The notes: generated by a model not told the origin, from the sequence alone. A stretch of DNA of 64,000 bases from Candidatus Heimdallarchaeota archaeon (GCA_019057635.1 DXJL01000156.1:64146-128145), one strand, 5' to 3'; positions 1 through 9,445 are shown, counted from the first letter of the stretch. Program-made: numbers and translations.

Positions 1-10
1 GGAAAATCAA

Positions 11-367
11 TCAACGCATAGCAATAACGTCTATCATTAATCCTGCATTTAAAGGTAGCGCAGCTGCTTGTAAAGTTGATCGAGTTGGAGGGTCACTTGG
101 GAATGATTTTGCATATTCCTCATTAACTTGTTTGAAATCCTCAATATTTGTGAGATATATTGTAGTTTTGACCACATCGCTCATAAAAGCACCCGCATTC
201 TTTAATAAATTTTCTATCTTCTTCATTATTTGTTGTGTTTGAACTATAATGTTTGCATCTAGGTCAGTGGCAATTTGTCCTGAAAGAAAGATAAAATTTG
301 TTCCTGAAGCAACTATCGCTGGAGAATATGGTCCAACAATCTTTCCTGTTTGAATTATTTGTCGCAT
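11..367 (-). CDS. RidA/YjgF/TdcF-family protein (reactive enamine/imine deaminase-like), 118 aa
   Basis: Full ORF with a size and sequence profile typical of the RidA family (…GPYSPAIV…, C-terminal …PTRSTLQAAALP…). Confidence 0.65.
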   Translation of the reverse strand: MRQIIQTGKIVGPYSPAIVASGTNFIFLSGQIATDLDANIIVQTQQIMKKIENLLKNAGAFMSDVVKTTIYLTNIEDFKQVNEEYAKSFPSDPPTRSTLQAAALPLNAGLMIDVIAMR

Positions 368-385
368 ATTATTTCATCTCAATAT

Positions 386-814
386 TCACATTTTTTCTGG
401 AAGCGATAGGAGTTTCAAGTTTGTTTCGGAATCTAATTCACGAATAACTTTAGGTTTGAATACCATGACAGAAAGCTCACAGGTAACCGAAATAATACAC
501 CCTGGTAAAATATGCCCCCCCACACAAGTTCCATCGACTCTACCAAAAATTCCATGAAGATGAACAATTTGGTTCTCTGCAATATTACCAATTATCGACA
601 GTACTTCAAGATTTTCTTCCAAAATAGTTTCTAGATATTTTTCTCCGTTAAAAAACCCATATATTGCTTGTGATACAGCCCCTATCCCATAAATCGACCC
701 AGCTCCAATATCTGGATGTTTCTCACAAAACTTTTCTAATGATAGAAGTAGATCTTCACCTTTTAATAATCGTATTAAGAAGCTATATTGGTGTGTTTGT
801 CGCATAAATTCCAT
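386..814 (-). CDS. PPC/DUF296-domain (putative DNA-binding) protein, 142 aa
   Basis: Sequence pattern …GAGSIYGIGAVSQA…LSIIGNIA…HLHGIF… resembles the PPC/DUF296 fold. Family assignment is by recall only. Confidence 0.4.
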   Translation of the reverse strand: MEFMRQTHQYSFLIRLLKGEDLLLSLEKFCEKHPDIGAGSIYGIGAVSQAIYGFFNGEKYLETILEENLEVLSIIGNIAENQIVHLHGIFGRVDGTCVGGHILPGCIISVTCELSVMVFKPKVIRELDSETNLKLLSLPEKM

Positions 815-1056
815 AATTTATCAACGCTACGTGATGTCTATATTCGGGAAGAATATTTGCGAAATTATAAATTTATTCTGTAAATAAAAAGAGTTTTACA
901 CCTCAGAGATTTAATTAAAGAGTAATCCTTGTGCAAAGTATCAATTGAGTATAATTTGAACCACAAAATTTTTAAATAATAGATCGTAGAAGTTCCTAGT
1001 AGTGGGAGAATTAAGAAATAACCCTTCTTCCGAGATTTCGCTCAGGTGCTAGAACC

Positions 1057-2034
1057 ATGAAGATTCATTGTGATAGTGATTGCCGACCATGTGTCTTTGA
1101 AGGGGGGCCAAGTCGTGATATTTCAGATCAATTCGAAGCTAATTATTGCCCTACCTGCAGGAAAGCTTTTTTCTGTGATGTAGGAGTAATTCAACACTTC
1201 TCTGCCGCTAGTAGCGTTTCCTATTCTTGTGTGGATTGCAATACTCCTCTACTGACAAAATCTCTTGAAGAAATTAGTATGCTTCAAGCTCGTTTCTCCT
1301 TGAAGAATCAATCACATTCTAGTCGTCTCTCTTATAAACAAAAATTTATTCCCAAAAAGGATTTAGCGTCTCTTAAATCGCTTTCAATGTTATACGATAT
1401 TAAATCTGTAAGTACTTATCACCGCTCACTGATTGATGAAATCCGTCATATTTCAGGGTTATCACCACAGGTTATCAGAAATTTTGCCCGGGAGTATGGG
1501 ATTAGCGAGACGATTATTTCTAACCTATCTGGAGAACGAGAAGAAATTCTTCTCACACTTGCCAGCTTACAACCAAAATTCATTGAAATACTGTATGCAA
1601 TAATAATTGGTCGCGATCCTTCTATCGAAGGAGGAATAGCGTTAAGATTCACTGTTTACTCTGAAAATATTGGAGATATTGTTTTTATTCAGCCATCTGG
1701 GGCATTAATAGAAAGCGGTCCATTTGACCTAATCGCTTATGATCATCAAGGTATGATGATTTGGATTTTTTGCATACAAGAAACTGTCGATATTGACGAT
1801 ATAAGTAAAATCGTAAGCCCAATATTAAATCAAACATTAGATGAATTTAAGGGTATTTCAAGTATTTATATTGTCGCTCAAGCATTTTCGTGGGTATCTA
1901 AACAAATTTTAAAGAAATATCAAGGTATTATTATCAGAGAGGGAGAAAAAACACGAACTATTCCTTTCAAGTTATGGACTGAGGAAAAAAAATCAGATCA
2001 AGCTCAAATCTTATTTAAATCGGAAATCCTCTGA
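1057..2034 (+). CDS. Hypothetical protein with N-terminal Cys-rich zinc-ribbon-like region, 325 aa
   Basis: The N-terminus has CDSDCRPC…CPTCRK…CVDC motifs, giving at least two CxxC pairs. It lies immediately upstream of a small GTPase, 16 nt from it. No recognisable catalytic motifs. Confidence 0.4.
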   Translation: MKIHCDSDCRPCVFEGGPSRDISDQFEANYCPTCRKAFFCDVGVIQHFSAASSVSYSCVDCNTPLLTKSLEEISMLQARFSLKNQSHSSRLSYKQKFIPKKDLASLKSLSMLYDIKSVSTYHRSLIDEIRHISGLSPQVIRNFAREYGISETIISNLSGEREEILLTLASLQPKFIEILYAIIIGRDPSIEGGIALRFTVYSENIGDIVFIQPSGALIESGPFDLIAYDHQGMMIWIFCIQETVDIDDISKIVSPILNQTLDEFKGISSIYIVAQAFSWVSKQILKKYQGIIIREGEKTRTIPFKLWTEEKKSDQAQILFKSEIL

Positions 2035-2050
2035 AGGCGTGTGAGTTTTT

Positions 2051-2581
2051 TTGTCTTCCCCGACACAAGTAAATGGTTTTCATCCGTATTATAAAATAGT
2101 ATTCCTTGGAAAACAAGGAGTTGGGAAAACCTCAATTATAAGAAGACTAGTTGCTTCAAATGTTGATACAGAATATGTACCTACTCTTGGAATTTACTAT
2201 TATAATTTAGAATTAGAGTATCAGAAACACAATTACTATCTCCAATTCTGGGATATATCTAATAGCTTGGATTATCAAATAAAGAACTTCTTGCAGAATG
2301 CAGCAGTCGTCGTATTGATTTTTGACTTTGCTGATAGGGAATCCCACATCTATGTAAATCAGGTTTTTGAGACTATTAAAGAAGCAAACCCCTTCATGAA
2401 ATTCCTTCTTGTTGGAAATCGATCAAAAGGGGAAAAAGAAAAACCTCCCAAGAATTTGAATAATTTAGTGAATGAACACAATTTAACAATATACCCTATG
2501 TCCCCTCAAAATAACTCGGGGATGTCTTTGCTATTACAAGCAATTGTACATGATCTACCTCGTCCTACCGAGAGAGATTAG
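2051..2581 (+). CDS. Ras-superfamily small GTPase-like protein with degenerate G3/G4 motifs (possible pseudo-GTPase), 176 aa, TTG start
   Basis: P-loop GKQGVGKTS (G1) is intact. At the G3 position the sequence is WDISNS instead of DxxGQ, so the switch II glycine and glutamine are absent. At G4 it is GNRSK instead of NKxD. No clear SAK (G5). Confidence 0.65.
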   Translation: MSSPTQVNGFHPYYKIVFLGKQGVGKTSIIRRLVASNVDTEYVPTLGIYYYNLELEYQKHNYYLQFWDISNSLDYQIKNFLQNAAVVVLIFDFADRESHIYVNQVFETIKEANPFMKFLLVGNRSKGEKEKPPKNLNNLVNEHNLTIYPMSPQNNSGMSLLLQAIVHDLPRPTERD

Positions 2582-2587
2582 ATCCTC

Positions 2588-2989
2588 TTATTTCCATTCC
2601 TCTTCATCATTTGGTAAGCAAGAGGCTTGGACAATTTCACACTCCCACCAGCGTGTACCAACTTCAAATGGGCAGCTATCATCCGTGATTTGGCACTTTC
2701 TCTCCTCTGTTAAGTATAAACAAAAACTTGACATTGTTAGACGTAGATTCATTTTCCCTGGTGCTTCTCCCATCTCATACTTCTTTGATATGGTTTCCTT
2801 TATTTCTTGATAATTCTGAATCTGTAAGGTGGTGATAATACTTCCAGTTTTAAAAGTAATTCCCCCAGCAAGAGAATCATCGAATTCAAGAAATTTAAAT
2901 AACTGTCTTTGCAGATTATCAAGAATTTCGTCATCGATATCCATTACGCCCATGAGTTGTAGCATTTCGCGCAATTTCTTTCTAAACAT
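2588..2989 (-). CDS. Hypothetical protein, 133 aa (Cys-containing C-terminus)
   Basis: ORF convergent on the GTPase gene with only a 6-nt gap. No recognisable domain, so it may be spurious. Confidence 0.25.
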   Translation of the reverse strand: MFRKKLREMLQLMGVMDIDDEILDNLQRQLFKFLEFDDSLAGGITFKTGSIITTLQIQNYQEIKETISKKYEMGEAPGKMNLRLTMSSFCLYLTEERKCQITDDSCPFEVGTRWWECEIVQASCLPNDEEEWK

Positions 2990-3158
2990 CCAACTTTACA
3001 CCAGATATTTTATGGGGGAGGGAGTAAAATAATCATAAATCCCATTTTCTACGTATGTATCATGTACGAGATTATATTTATAATATTGCTAACGGATTCG
3101 GTACAAGAATTTTTGTCTTTCTCGAAAACTTTTTCGATTCTCTAAAGGTGTTACAATT

Positions 3159-6026
3159 TTGACAGACCATGATTTTCAACCAGTTGCATGGGTTTCACTC
3201 GCCTCTCTATCAGGATTAAGCCTGGTGTCTTTAGGACAACCAGGATTAAAATCTGTGGACGAACAAGTATATACAGGTGGTTTAACAGCTGTACAACAGA
3301 TGTTGGGTGGAGAAATTGGTGGAGATACGAGCCGTTTTGTTGGGGGCAGTCATAACAATAAAACTGGGAGATTTCTTGTAAAAACACCTGATTATGAACT
3401 TGTTGGCCAGTTTTTATTAATTTCTCGTCAGCATATTGCCGTAGCGCCTGTTCTTGTCGAGTTTTATGAGCAATTGGTTACATTCTTTGCTGAGGAGACC
3501 CTAAAAACTGATCTTGTTGAACGTGCAGAGAAGGAATTTACTGCGTTTGGAATCTCGGATGTTTTAGATTTCTTTCTGAGTAGTATAAAGAAAGCCAGGA
3601 AAAAAGTATCAATCCCTCATAATGATAATCTTTTCAGTCAATCACTTGAAGAAAGCCTTGAAAAATCAATCAGTGATTATGAATACTCTGCTTCCTTGGT
3701 TAAAATTTCAAATCTAAAAGGAAAGTTTCATGAAATTGTTCCAACGATCCAAGCTGAAAGAAAAGATCTACTAGAAAAATTTACACATGAATTAATGGAA
3801 TTCCTGGCAAGTGAATATCCTCACTCGGTTGTAATGTATTCTAAAGCGAGTTCGCTTCTAAAAGAAGTAAGAAAGTATGTTGAAAGAAACCTGGGTACTT
3901 TCAAATTTGATGCTGCATTGCAAGAAGTGATCCGTGAGTTCGAAGAGAACGATCTTCGAATGTTTCTTGAAGATATTTCCTTACATGAAGTTACTAAGAA
4001 AAACCTTCGTTCTCGTATTGAAGATGCGATTTTTCGTAAATATCTCAAAGAGTTTCCCCTTTATTTTTTAGCAAACCCAGAAATAACCTCCTTTAACACC
4101 GAAGTAGGTCATTTAACGACACGAATAAACGAAAATTATGATATTGGGGGTACACTATCGCGAATTGCAGAAAAAATGATCGAAGATAAGATTTTTGCTA
4201 ATTTACTAATACCTTACATAAGATATTTTTGTGAAGAATTTTCTGCAGGATTAACTCCTTCTGCATGGAAGTATATGCAAATCGTTTTTAAATTAATAAG
4301 TAATGAAACAAAAATTGATATCTTAGATGTATTACCCGCGATGAAAGATGAAATTCCTCCTTCTCATTTCAGTACTATCGAAAAAATGATGACTAAATTC
4401 AAGTTGACCGGAACCAAATTATCTCCGCTTTCTTTCACAGTAAAAAAAGCCAGTGATGTACTTCCTTTTTATCGTGCTCTTTTTTCGTCTCTTGCTTTCG
4501 GTGTAAATGCAGTTATCTCGGAATTAGCATTCAGTGAGGAGAACCCAAATAATCTGCTTGAAACATTGAATAAAAATCTTGATCTTTTAGCTCGTGATCT
4601 TCACCAATCTCATGGAATTTTCAAAGTATATTCCTATTTAGAGAGCGTCCAGTCAAAAGTCTCATTTTCTTTTGCATTCCCCGATGACAAGATTACTTCG
4701 GAAAAAATCTTGAGTAATCAGCTTACAATCGATGAGTTGATGCAATCGGTGATTGATGCAAATGTGAAGAGCTTGTCAGAAGAAGGACAGCTTATTAAAA
4801 AGAAAATTACAGCGTTTCGTTCAGAATTCGATGATGAGATTAAGAATATTCTAAGATATTTATCTCAAAAACCGCAGGATATTTCTAAAGGGTACCAACT
4901 CAAGATTGCTAAGCGACACTCGTTAAAATTTACTATAAGGCCCATATCCGAAGTAAATTCAAACATAACGAAAAATCTTTCTGAATTTGATAAATTAATG
5001 ACAGACCTGCAAGAAAATCTTAAGAAATCGAAAAATGCTTCAAAAGAATTTGTAAATGGAAAATTAAAAGAGCAGGAACTTAAAAAAGTTTTGAAGAACC
5101 AAGGATTTATCAAAGACACTGAGAAAGAATTCCGAAAAATTACTGAAAAAATGGAATCAGCCGTAACAAAAAGTTACAGCAATGTATTATCTCTGGTAGA
5201 AAAGCAAGTAAAGGGTGTGTCAAAAGAAGCCTCAAAAACGTTTATGCAAGCCTGCAATTTCTTAAATATAAACAGAAAAAATCTTGCTAATCAAGATAGT
5301 AAATTAATTTCGGCCTCCTCTGCGTCAATGAAAAGCATTCAAAAATCTATCACAGAAAGTTTCGAAAAAGACCCATTCTTTGAATTTAAGAACGTAGGAC
5401 GATATTATTTTTATGCAATATACAGATCTTTACCTAATAATTTACAGTCAGAAGTTTTAGACGCTCTTGTTACCAAAAAGAGTTATCCTTTTTTGAAAGA
5501 ATCGATTACTAAAGTTACATCGTCATCCGATATATTCCGTAGTTATGCTAAAGTATTAGAAACGCATGCTTATGAGCTCTTATCGAATGTGTTTAGTTCT
5601 TCTGGGAAACTTGTCGGAAAAAACGTATTTAAATCTGATCCAGAAGTTAAAATAGTAATTCAAAATAATATCCCTGTTCCAACACTTGAAGTGGGTTATC
5701 TTACAAATGAAAGGGCAGTTAAATCGTTAAAATCCCTTTATGGAACACGAATTGTTGTTGAAACAGAAAAATCAGAGAATAATGCCATTTATAGAATTTT
5801 ACTTGTTGTTCCAAGTTTTAAAAGTGATTATAGTACAATGAAACATTTCTGGGAAACCAAGGATTGGACCCTGAAAAAGACTGTAATTACTCTGAGTTGG
5901 TTTTCCTTATTAGCACAGAACAAATTCTATTTGGACCTTCTTCGTTTCTCATCAGATTTGTATTCTTCAAGAGTCAGAGGATCACTTGAAGAAATATTTG
6001 ATCAAATTGGAAAAGGAATGGTTTGA
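3159..6026 (+). CDS. Large α-helical hypothetical protein (955 aa) with N-terminal roadblock/longin-like region
   Basis: Uninterrupted ORF of 2.87 kb. The first 130 aa or so show alternating small-hydrophobic/Gly patterning (…VAWVSLASLSGLSLVSLGQPGL…GGLTAVQQMLGG…GRFLVKTPDYELVGQFLLISRQ…) typical of roadblock/LC7/longin folds. The rest is Lys/Glu-rich and helical. Confidence 0.55.
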   Translation: MTDHDFQPVAWVSLASLSGLSLVSLGQPGLKSVDEQVYTGGLTAVQQMLGGEIGGDTSRFVGGSHNNKTGRFLVKTPDYELVGQFLLISRQHIAVAPVLVEFYEQLVTFFAEETLKTDLVERAEKEFTAFGISDVLDFFLSSIKKARKKVSIPHNDNLFSQSLEESLEKSISDYEYSASLVKISNLKGKFHEIVPTIQAERKDLLEKFTHELMEFLASEYPHSVVMYSKASSLLKEVRKYVERNLGTFKFDAALQEVIREFEENDLRMFLEDISLHEVTKKNLRSRIEDAIFRKYLKEFPLYFLANPEITSFNTEVGHLTTRINENYDIGGTLSRIAEKMIEDKIFANLLIPYIRYFCEEFSAGLTPSAWKYMQIVFKLISNETKIDILDVLPAMKDEIPPSHFSTIEKMMTKFKLTGTKLSPLSFTVKKASDVLPFYRALFSSLAFGVNAVISELAFSEENPNNLLETLNKNLDLLARDLHQSHGIFKVYSYLESVQSKVSFSFAFPDDKITSEKILSNQLTIDELMQSVIDANVKSLSEEGQLIKKKITAFRSEFDDEIKNILRYLSQKPQDISKGYQLKIAKRHSLKFTIRPISEVNSNITKNLSEFDKLMTDLQENLKKSKNASKEFVNGKLKEQELKKVLKNQGFIKDTEKEFRKITEKMESAVTKSYSNVLSLVEKQVKGVSKEASKTFMQACNFLNINRKNLANQDSKLISASSASMKSIQKSITESFEKDPFFEFKNVGRYYFYAIYRSLPNNLQSEVLDALVTKKSYPFLKESITKVTSSSDIFRSYAKVLETHAYELLSNVFSSSGKLVGKNVFKSDPEVKIVIQNNIPVPTLEVGYLTNERAVKSLKSLYGTRIVVETEKSENNAIYRILLVVPSFKSDYSTMKHFWETKDWTLKKTVITLSWFSLLAQNKFYLDLLRFSSDLYSSRVRGSLEEIFDQIGKGMV

Positions 6027-6075
6027 CTAGAAGAAAAGAAAAGCTTCCTTCAGAAATAGGAATGGCAAGTAGCTA

Positions 6076-6705
6076 ATGAAATGGCGAGAAAAATTCTCTG
6101 TAAGATCAAAACCTGAAGTATATCCTCCAAGTGAGGATACTTGGTTCCTTACAGAATTCTTATCGGATTTTCTCTCCAGATATAAAATCGAGAAGGGTCT
6201 GTCGGGAATAATTTGTGAAGTAGGGATTGGAACGGGATATATTTTGATATGCCTGTATCTGGCATATCCCTATTTACGATTTTTTGGAACCGATATTTCT
6301 CCAATGGCGGTTTCATTGAGTATCGAAAATATCAAAGAATGGATTCCTGATAGTAATGCTTATTTCTGCTGTGCAAGATATCTTGATTGTTTTAATCCTC
6401 AAAATTTTTCCCCAGATATCATATATTTTAATCCACCATATGTACGAACATCTTTTGACGAATACATTCAATCAGATTCTCCAATAGTTAGGACTTGGGC
6501 GGGTGGGCCAAGTGGAGTTATACCAGTCACCAAGTTTTTAGATGGACTTCATAGATTCAAATTCAAGTACGCCTTTTTTCTCTCGTCATCATTAAATGAC
6601 AACAGCGATATCATGAGGTACACTCAATTTCATATAGTGGAAATGGCGAGGAAAAAAATAGAGGGTGAGCAGTTAATATGCTATCAAGCGACCCCTCGCT
6701 CGTAG
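6076..6705 (+). CDS. HemK/Mtq2-family protein N5-glutamine methyltransferase (release-factor MTase-like)
   Basis: Motifs VYPPSEDT, EVGIGTGYI (SAM motif I), GTDIS and NPPY (the substrate-amide-binding tetrad of N6-adenine/N5-Gln methyltransferases). Confidence 0.7.
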   Translation: MKWREKFSVRSKPEVYPPSEDTWFLTEFLSDFLSRYKIEKGLSGIICEVGIGTGYILICLYLAYPYLRFFGTDISPMAVSLSIENIKEWIPDSNAYFCCARYLDCFNPQNFSPDIIYFNPPYVRTSFDEYIQSDSPIVRTWAGGPSGVIPVTKFLDGLHRFKFKYAFFLSSSLNDNSDIMRYTQFHIVEMARKKIEGEQLICYQATPRS

Positions 6706-6718
6706 TAACAGTACAATG

Positions 6719-7432
6719 TCAATTTTTTGTTAAAAAGTCCACTAGATTTTTCAAAGATTCTTGAGAATCCTCCAAATATAACAGTAATCGATCTTTTTCT
6801 TGGAATGGAAGTTCTATTGGTAGAAGTTTTTTCTTATACTCCTCTCTCAAGATTCGTAGAATGCGTACTTTAGGGATATTTACATGAATTAGAGAGGAGT
6901 TAATTAATTTTGGAGGAACGGGGATAGATATGATTGGAGGTCTACTTAGAGGTAAGTCCATTTTAGCATATAACTCATTTACTATTTGAAAAATATTATT
7001 TACAATGAGTATCTGGCCAGGTTTCTGACCTGATAAATATTTAACAAATGGTGGAGCGAATTGGGATAATAATATGACCTGTAAATCGCTACCTGTGACA
7101 AAAGACATTATATTTTGAATTATTACAGGATCTTCGTGAAGAATAATGACTTTTTTTGCATTTTGAAAACCCAGAGTTTCGTACAAATTTCTTTTTGCAT
7201 ATTCTTCCGTTTTTTCTTCATATAGCACATTTATCTGCGATTTTACTTCTTCTATCCAGTTTAGTTTGATATCAGAAATTAAAGAAACTTTACTTTCAGC
7301 ACCGATCTGGAGTAATTGATCGATAAAGGCCTCTGTAAAATTGTTGCTACCGAAAACATAAAAATCACTTTGTTGTTCCACAGCTTTCTCAGCGAACTTA
7401 CGGACTCTTCTTTTCTTAAAAAAACCCATCAT
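6719..7432 (-). CDS. Soluble RCK (TrkA-N-like) domain protein, 237 aa
   Basis: Paralogous to the C-terminal part of the next gene (…YVFGS…VSLISD…NLYETLGFQNAKKVIILHED…ILLSQFAPP…). Rossmann-like TrkA-N pattern with a degenerate Gly loop. Its start overlaps the upstream gene stop (ATGA). Confidence 0.55.
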   Translation of the reverse strand: MMGFFKKRRVRKFAEKAVEQQSDFYVFGSNNFTEAFIDQLLQIGAESKVSLISDIKLNWIEEVKSQINVLYEEKTEEYAKRNLYETLGFQNAKKVIILHEDPVIIQNIMSFVTGSDLQVILLSQFAPPFVKYLSGQKPGQILIVNNIFQIVNELYAKMDLPLSRPPIISIPVPPKLINSSLIHVNIPKVRILRILREEYKKKLLPIELPFQEKDRLLLYLEDSQESLKNLVDFLTKN

Positions 7433-8670
7433 AAATCCTCCTTTTCTACAGTATTCGCTTGGTTTAAACTGCTTTCCTCAGATTGACTTTTATCTTCATC
7501 TGACCCTTCAAGATTGATAATTTCGTGTGTATCCACTACTTTACTTTTTTTTACTTTTTTCTTCTTTTTTTTGTAAGGTAATTCCGTTACGACTCTATTA
7601 GTGCGTTTCATATCGAAATTACTGTAGTAATATACAATAATTCTATCATCAGGACGCATTGATTCATGGGAGGGAAGAAGTTCATCTCCCCTGCGTATTA
7701 AAATAACTTCTAATTTGGGAATATCGGAGCTCATCGTATCTCCAGTTTTTCCGATATAAGTTCTAGGAATGTCTATCTCTGCTGTTTGGGGAAAGTCAAA
7801 ATCTAAACTTAATGACAAAACAAGGCCTTGTACAGTAACGTCTAGATCTTCGATTAACGATAAGTTCTCATCATTGACTAAGTCACTAAAGACAAAATTA
7901 GGTGCATATTGTGATAGTAAGATTATCTCCACATCAGGTCTGACTTGTCTAATGTTTGTTAAGATGTTTTGATTTAGTTCTATACTTTCTGTTAGAATCA
8001 TGACACGAGTGGCATTTTTAAATCCGATAATTTCATATAAATTTGGTTTTTCAAATTCCTTCATGTCCTCAACCACGTATACATCAATTTGAGTCTTCAA
8101 TTTCCGAATCCATAATAAATCCGAGTCAGCGATTAAAGAGACACGTTCTTCATATCCATATCTGTGAACCATTTCAAAAAGAAACTGTTCGGCTGGTTTA
8201 GAGCTTCCAAAGATGTATGTGACATCTTTTCGGGCGTTGACCTTACCACGGTATTTATTTATCGGAGATTTTATCATCATCCTGATCAAAATTGTTACAA
8301 TTCCAATAATAGCAGCAGCCCAACGAATGACTTCAGGACTAGTTAAAGAATCAATCATCCACGACTGATACGCGCTTACATCAGTGGAACTATCAAGGAT
8401 AACCATTAATAATGGTACAAAAATGAGGAAAAAAAGGAGAACAAGTATTATAAGACCAAGCACTATTGAGAGAAGAATAAAGAGATCTGTCATTGGAATG
8501 AAATACTTTATTTCTCTATACACGACTCTTCGAATATATTTCAGATCTGCACGAACAGCAGTTAAATTGAATTTCAGTTGACGTAAATTATCTAATAATG
8601 ATCTTTTTTTTGTTGGAAGGGGTGTAGATTTTACATCAGTTTGAGTAGCAGTCATTGTTTCACCTAACAT
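7429..8670 (-). CDS. Membrane-anchored RCK (TrkA-N + TrkA-C) domain protein with poly-Lys tail, 413 aa
   Basis: Two hydrophobic segments (…LFILLSIVLGLIILVLLFFLIFVPLLMVIL… and …AAAIIGIVTILIRMMI…) precede a TrkA-N-like region and a TrkA-C-like region (…IGKTGDTMSSDIPKLEVILIRRGDELLPSHESMRPDDRIIVYY…). The C-terminus carries KKKKKKVKKSK. No K+ selectivity-filter (GYG) motif. Confidence 0.55.
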   Translation of the reverse strand: MLGETMTATQTDVKSTPLPTKKRSLLDNLRQLKFNLTAVRADLKYIRRVVYREIKYFIPMTDLFILLSIVLGLIILVLLFFLIFVPLLMVILDSSTDVSAYQSWMIDSLTSPEVIRWAAAIIGIVTILIRMMIKSPINKYRGKVNARKDVTYIFGSSKPAEQFLFEMVHRYGYEERVSLIADSDLLWIRKLKTQIDVYVVEDMKEFEKPNLYEIIGFKNATRVMILTESIELNQNILTNIRQVRPDVEIILLSQYAPNFVFSDLVNDENLSLIEDLDVTVQGLVLSLSLDFDFPQTAEIDIPRTYIGKTGDTMSSDIPKLEVILIRRGDELLPSHESMRPDDRIIVYYYSNFDMKRTNRVVTELPYKKKKKKVKKSKVVDTHEIINLEGSDEDKSQSEESSLNQANTVEKEDL

Positions 8671-8674
8671 TGAT

Positions 8675-8902
8675 TTAATCGTCTTTTTTTAAGGATGAGG
8701 GTGGTTTACCATCTCTCCATTCGAGCTCGTGCTTGAGGAGATCTCGAATAGCCATGCGTATTGCTTCAGATCGGGAGCTATAAACCCCTCCTCTAACTAA
8801 TTCATCTAAATCCTCCAGAAAAGATTTAGGAGCTTTAAAACTAATTAACTTCACAAACTTCACATCTGTATTAGTTATTAATTGCATTGAATCAGTTAGC
8901 AC
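8675..8902 (-). CDS. Ribbon-helix-helix (CopG/NikR-like) DNA-binding protein, 75 aa
   Basis: …VKFVKLISFKAPKSFLEDLDELVRGGVYSSRSEAIRMAIRDLL… matches the RHH β-strand/helix pattern. Confidence 0.6.
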   Translation of the reverse strand: MLTDSMQLITNTDVKFVKLISFKAPKSFLEDLDELVRGGVYSSRSEAIRMAIRDLLKHELEWRDGKPPSSLKKDD

Positions 8903-9099
8903 TCATTATTTGTGGAGTTAACCACTCTGAATTAATTAATAAACAAGAACTAAACCCGATTCGAGTAATAAAAATCGCGAATATGGAGGTTAATATTGTT
9001 AGCTCAAATATCGTTGATATCATGAAAGGTCATTTTCACAACAATAGCAAACTTGTTTGTGTTTTTGGATTAGGTTGATATTTCATTCATGACTATATT

Positions 9100-9445
9100 T
9101 GTCAGACAACGCAGTAGAACCACGTTCTGGACAGGATGAGTCACACATCCGCTATCCAGAAAAAACCAATTCAGCTGGTGAATTCGTTTTCGAGGGACTA
9201 CTTGTTACAATCGGGTTGGCATTCTCTCTTGATTCCTCGAATTTCAAAAACTACTGGCCTTACCCCCCTCACCTTTGACGGGTAACTCGTCTAACGTAGT
9301 TACGAGGGAGGTACTCCAAAAATTTTGAGTACTTTTCTGTTCATCACCTCCGATTCTTAAGACTTCAAGGGGAGGAAGTCCTTTTAAGGCTTTCAGAGAC
9401 AGAGTGAGGTGAAAATGAGCTTGTAAATTTGTCTGATAAATTGGA
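9100..9445. ncRNA. Candidate structured ncRNA (GC-rich island; identity unresolved, RNase P RNA or SRP RNA are the obvious candidates)
   Basis: About 340 nt at roughly 50% GC set in AT-rich intergenic DNA, with no long ORF. Several clean stems are visible: CUGGA-CA-GGAUG…CAUCC-GCUA-UCCAG (9127-9159); GUAACU…AGUUAC (9281-9303); GACUUC-AAGGGGAG-GAAGUC (9361-9382); UCAGAgAC…GUCUGA (9393-9437). The string GAGGAAGUCC resembles RNase P CR-I (GGAAAGUCC), but the other conserved blocks are not found in the expected order. Confidence 0.3.

Noticed and set aside
1446-1652. Many short antisense or overlapping ORFs in the six-frame track, for example 1446-1652, 2544-2810, 3151-3387, 3821-4048, 11058-11249, 18149-18340, 27610-28191, 44155-44343 and 47234-47870.
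   Set aside because: They lie entirely within and opposite to long ORFs with clear homology, and they have low-complexity or unconvincing sequences. They are treated as spurious.
7429-8670. The 2TM plus RCK architecture could be a MthK-like K+ channel.
   Set aside because: No TVGYG/GYG selectivity-filter sequence lies between the hydrophobic segments, and the loop is polar and unrelated. It is therefore annotated as a membrane-anchored RCK protein only.
9100-9445. The GC-rich island could be one or more tRNA genes, or specifically RNase P RNA.
   Set aside because: No cloverleaf-compatible acceptor or T-arm, and no GTTCRANYC T-loop, could be found. For RNase P only a CR-I-like GAGGAAGUCC is present. 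The other conserved regions are not in the expected order. Identity is therefore left open.
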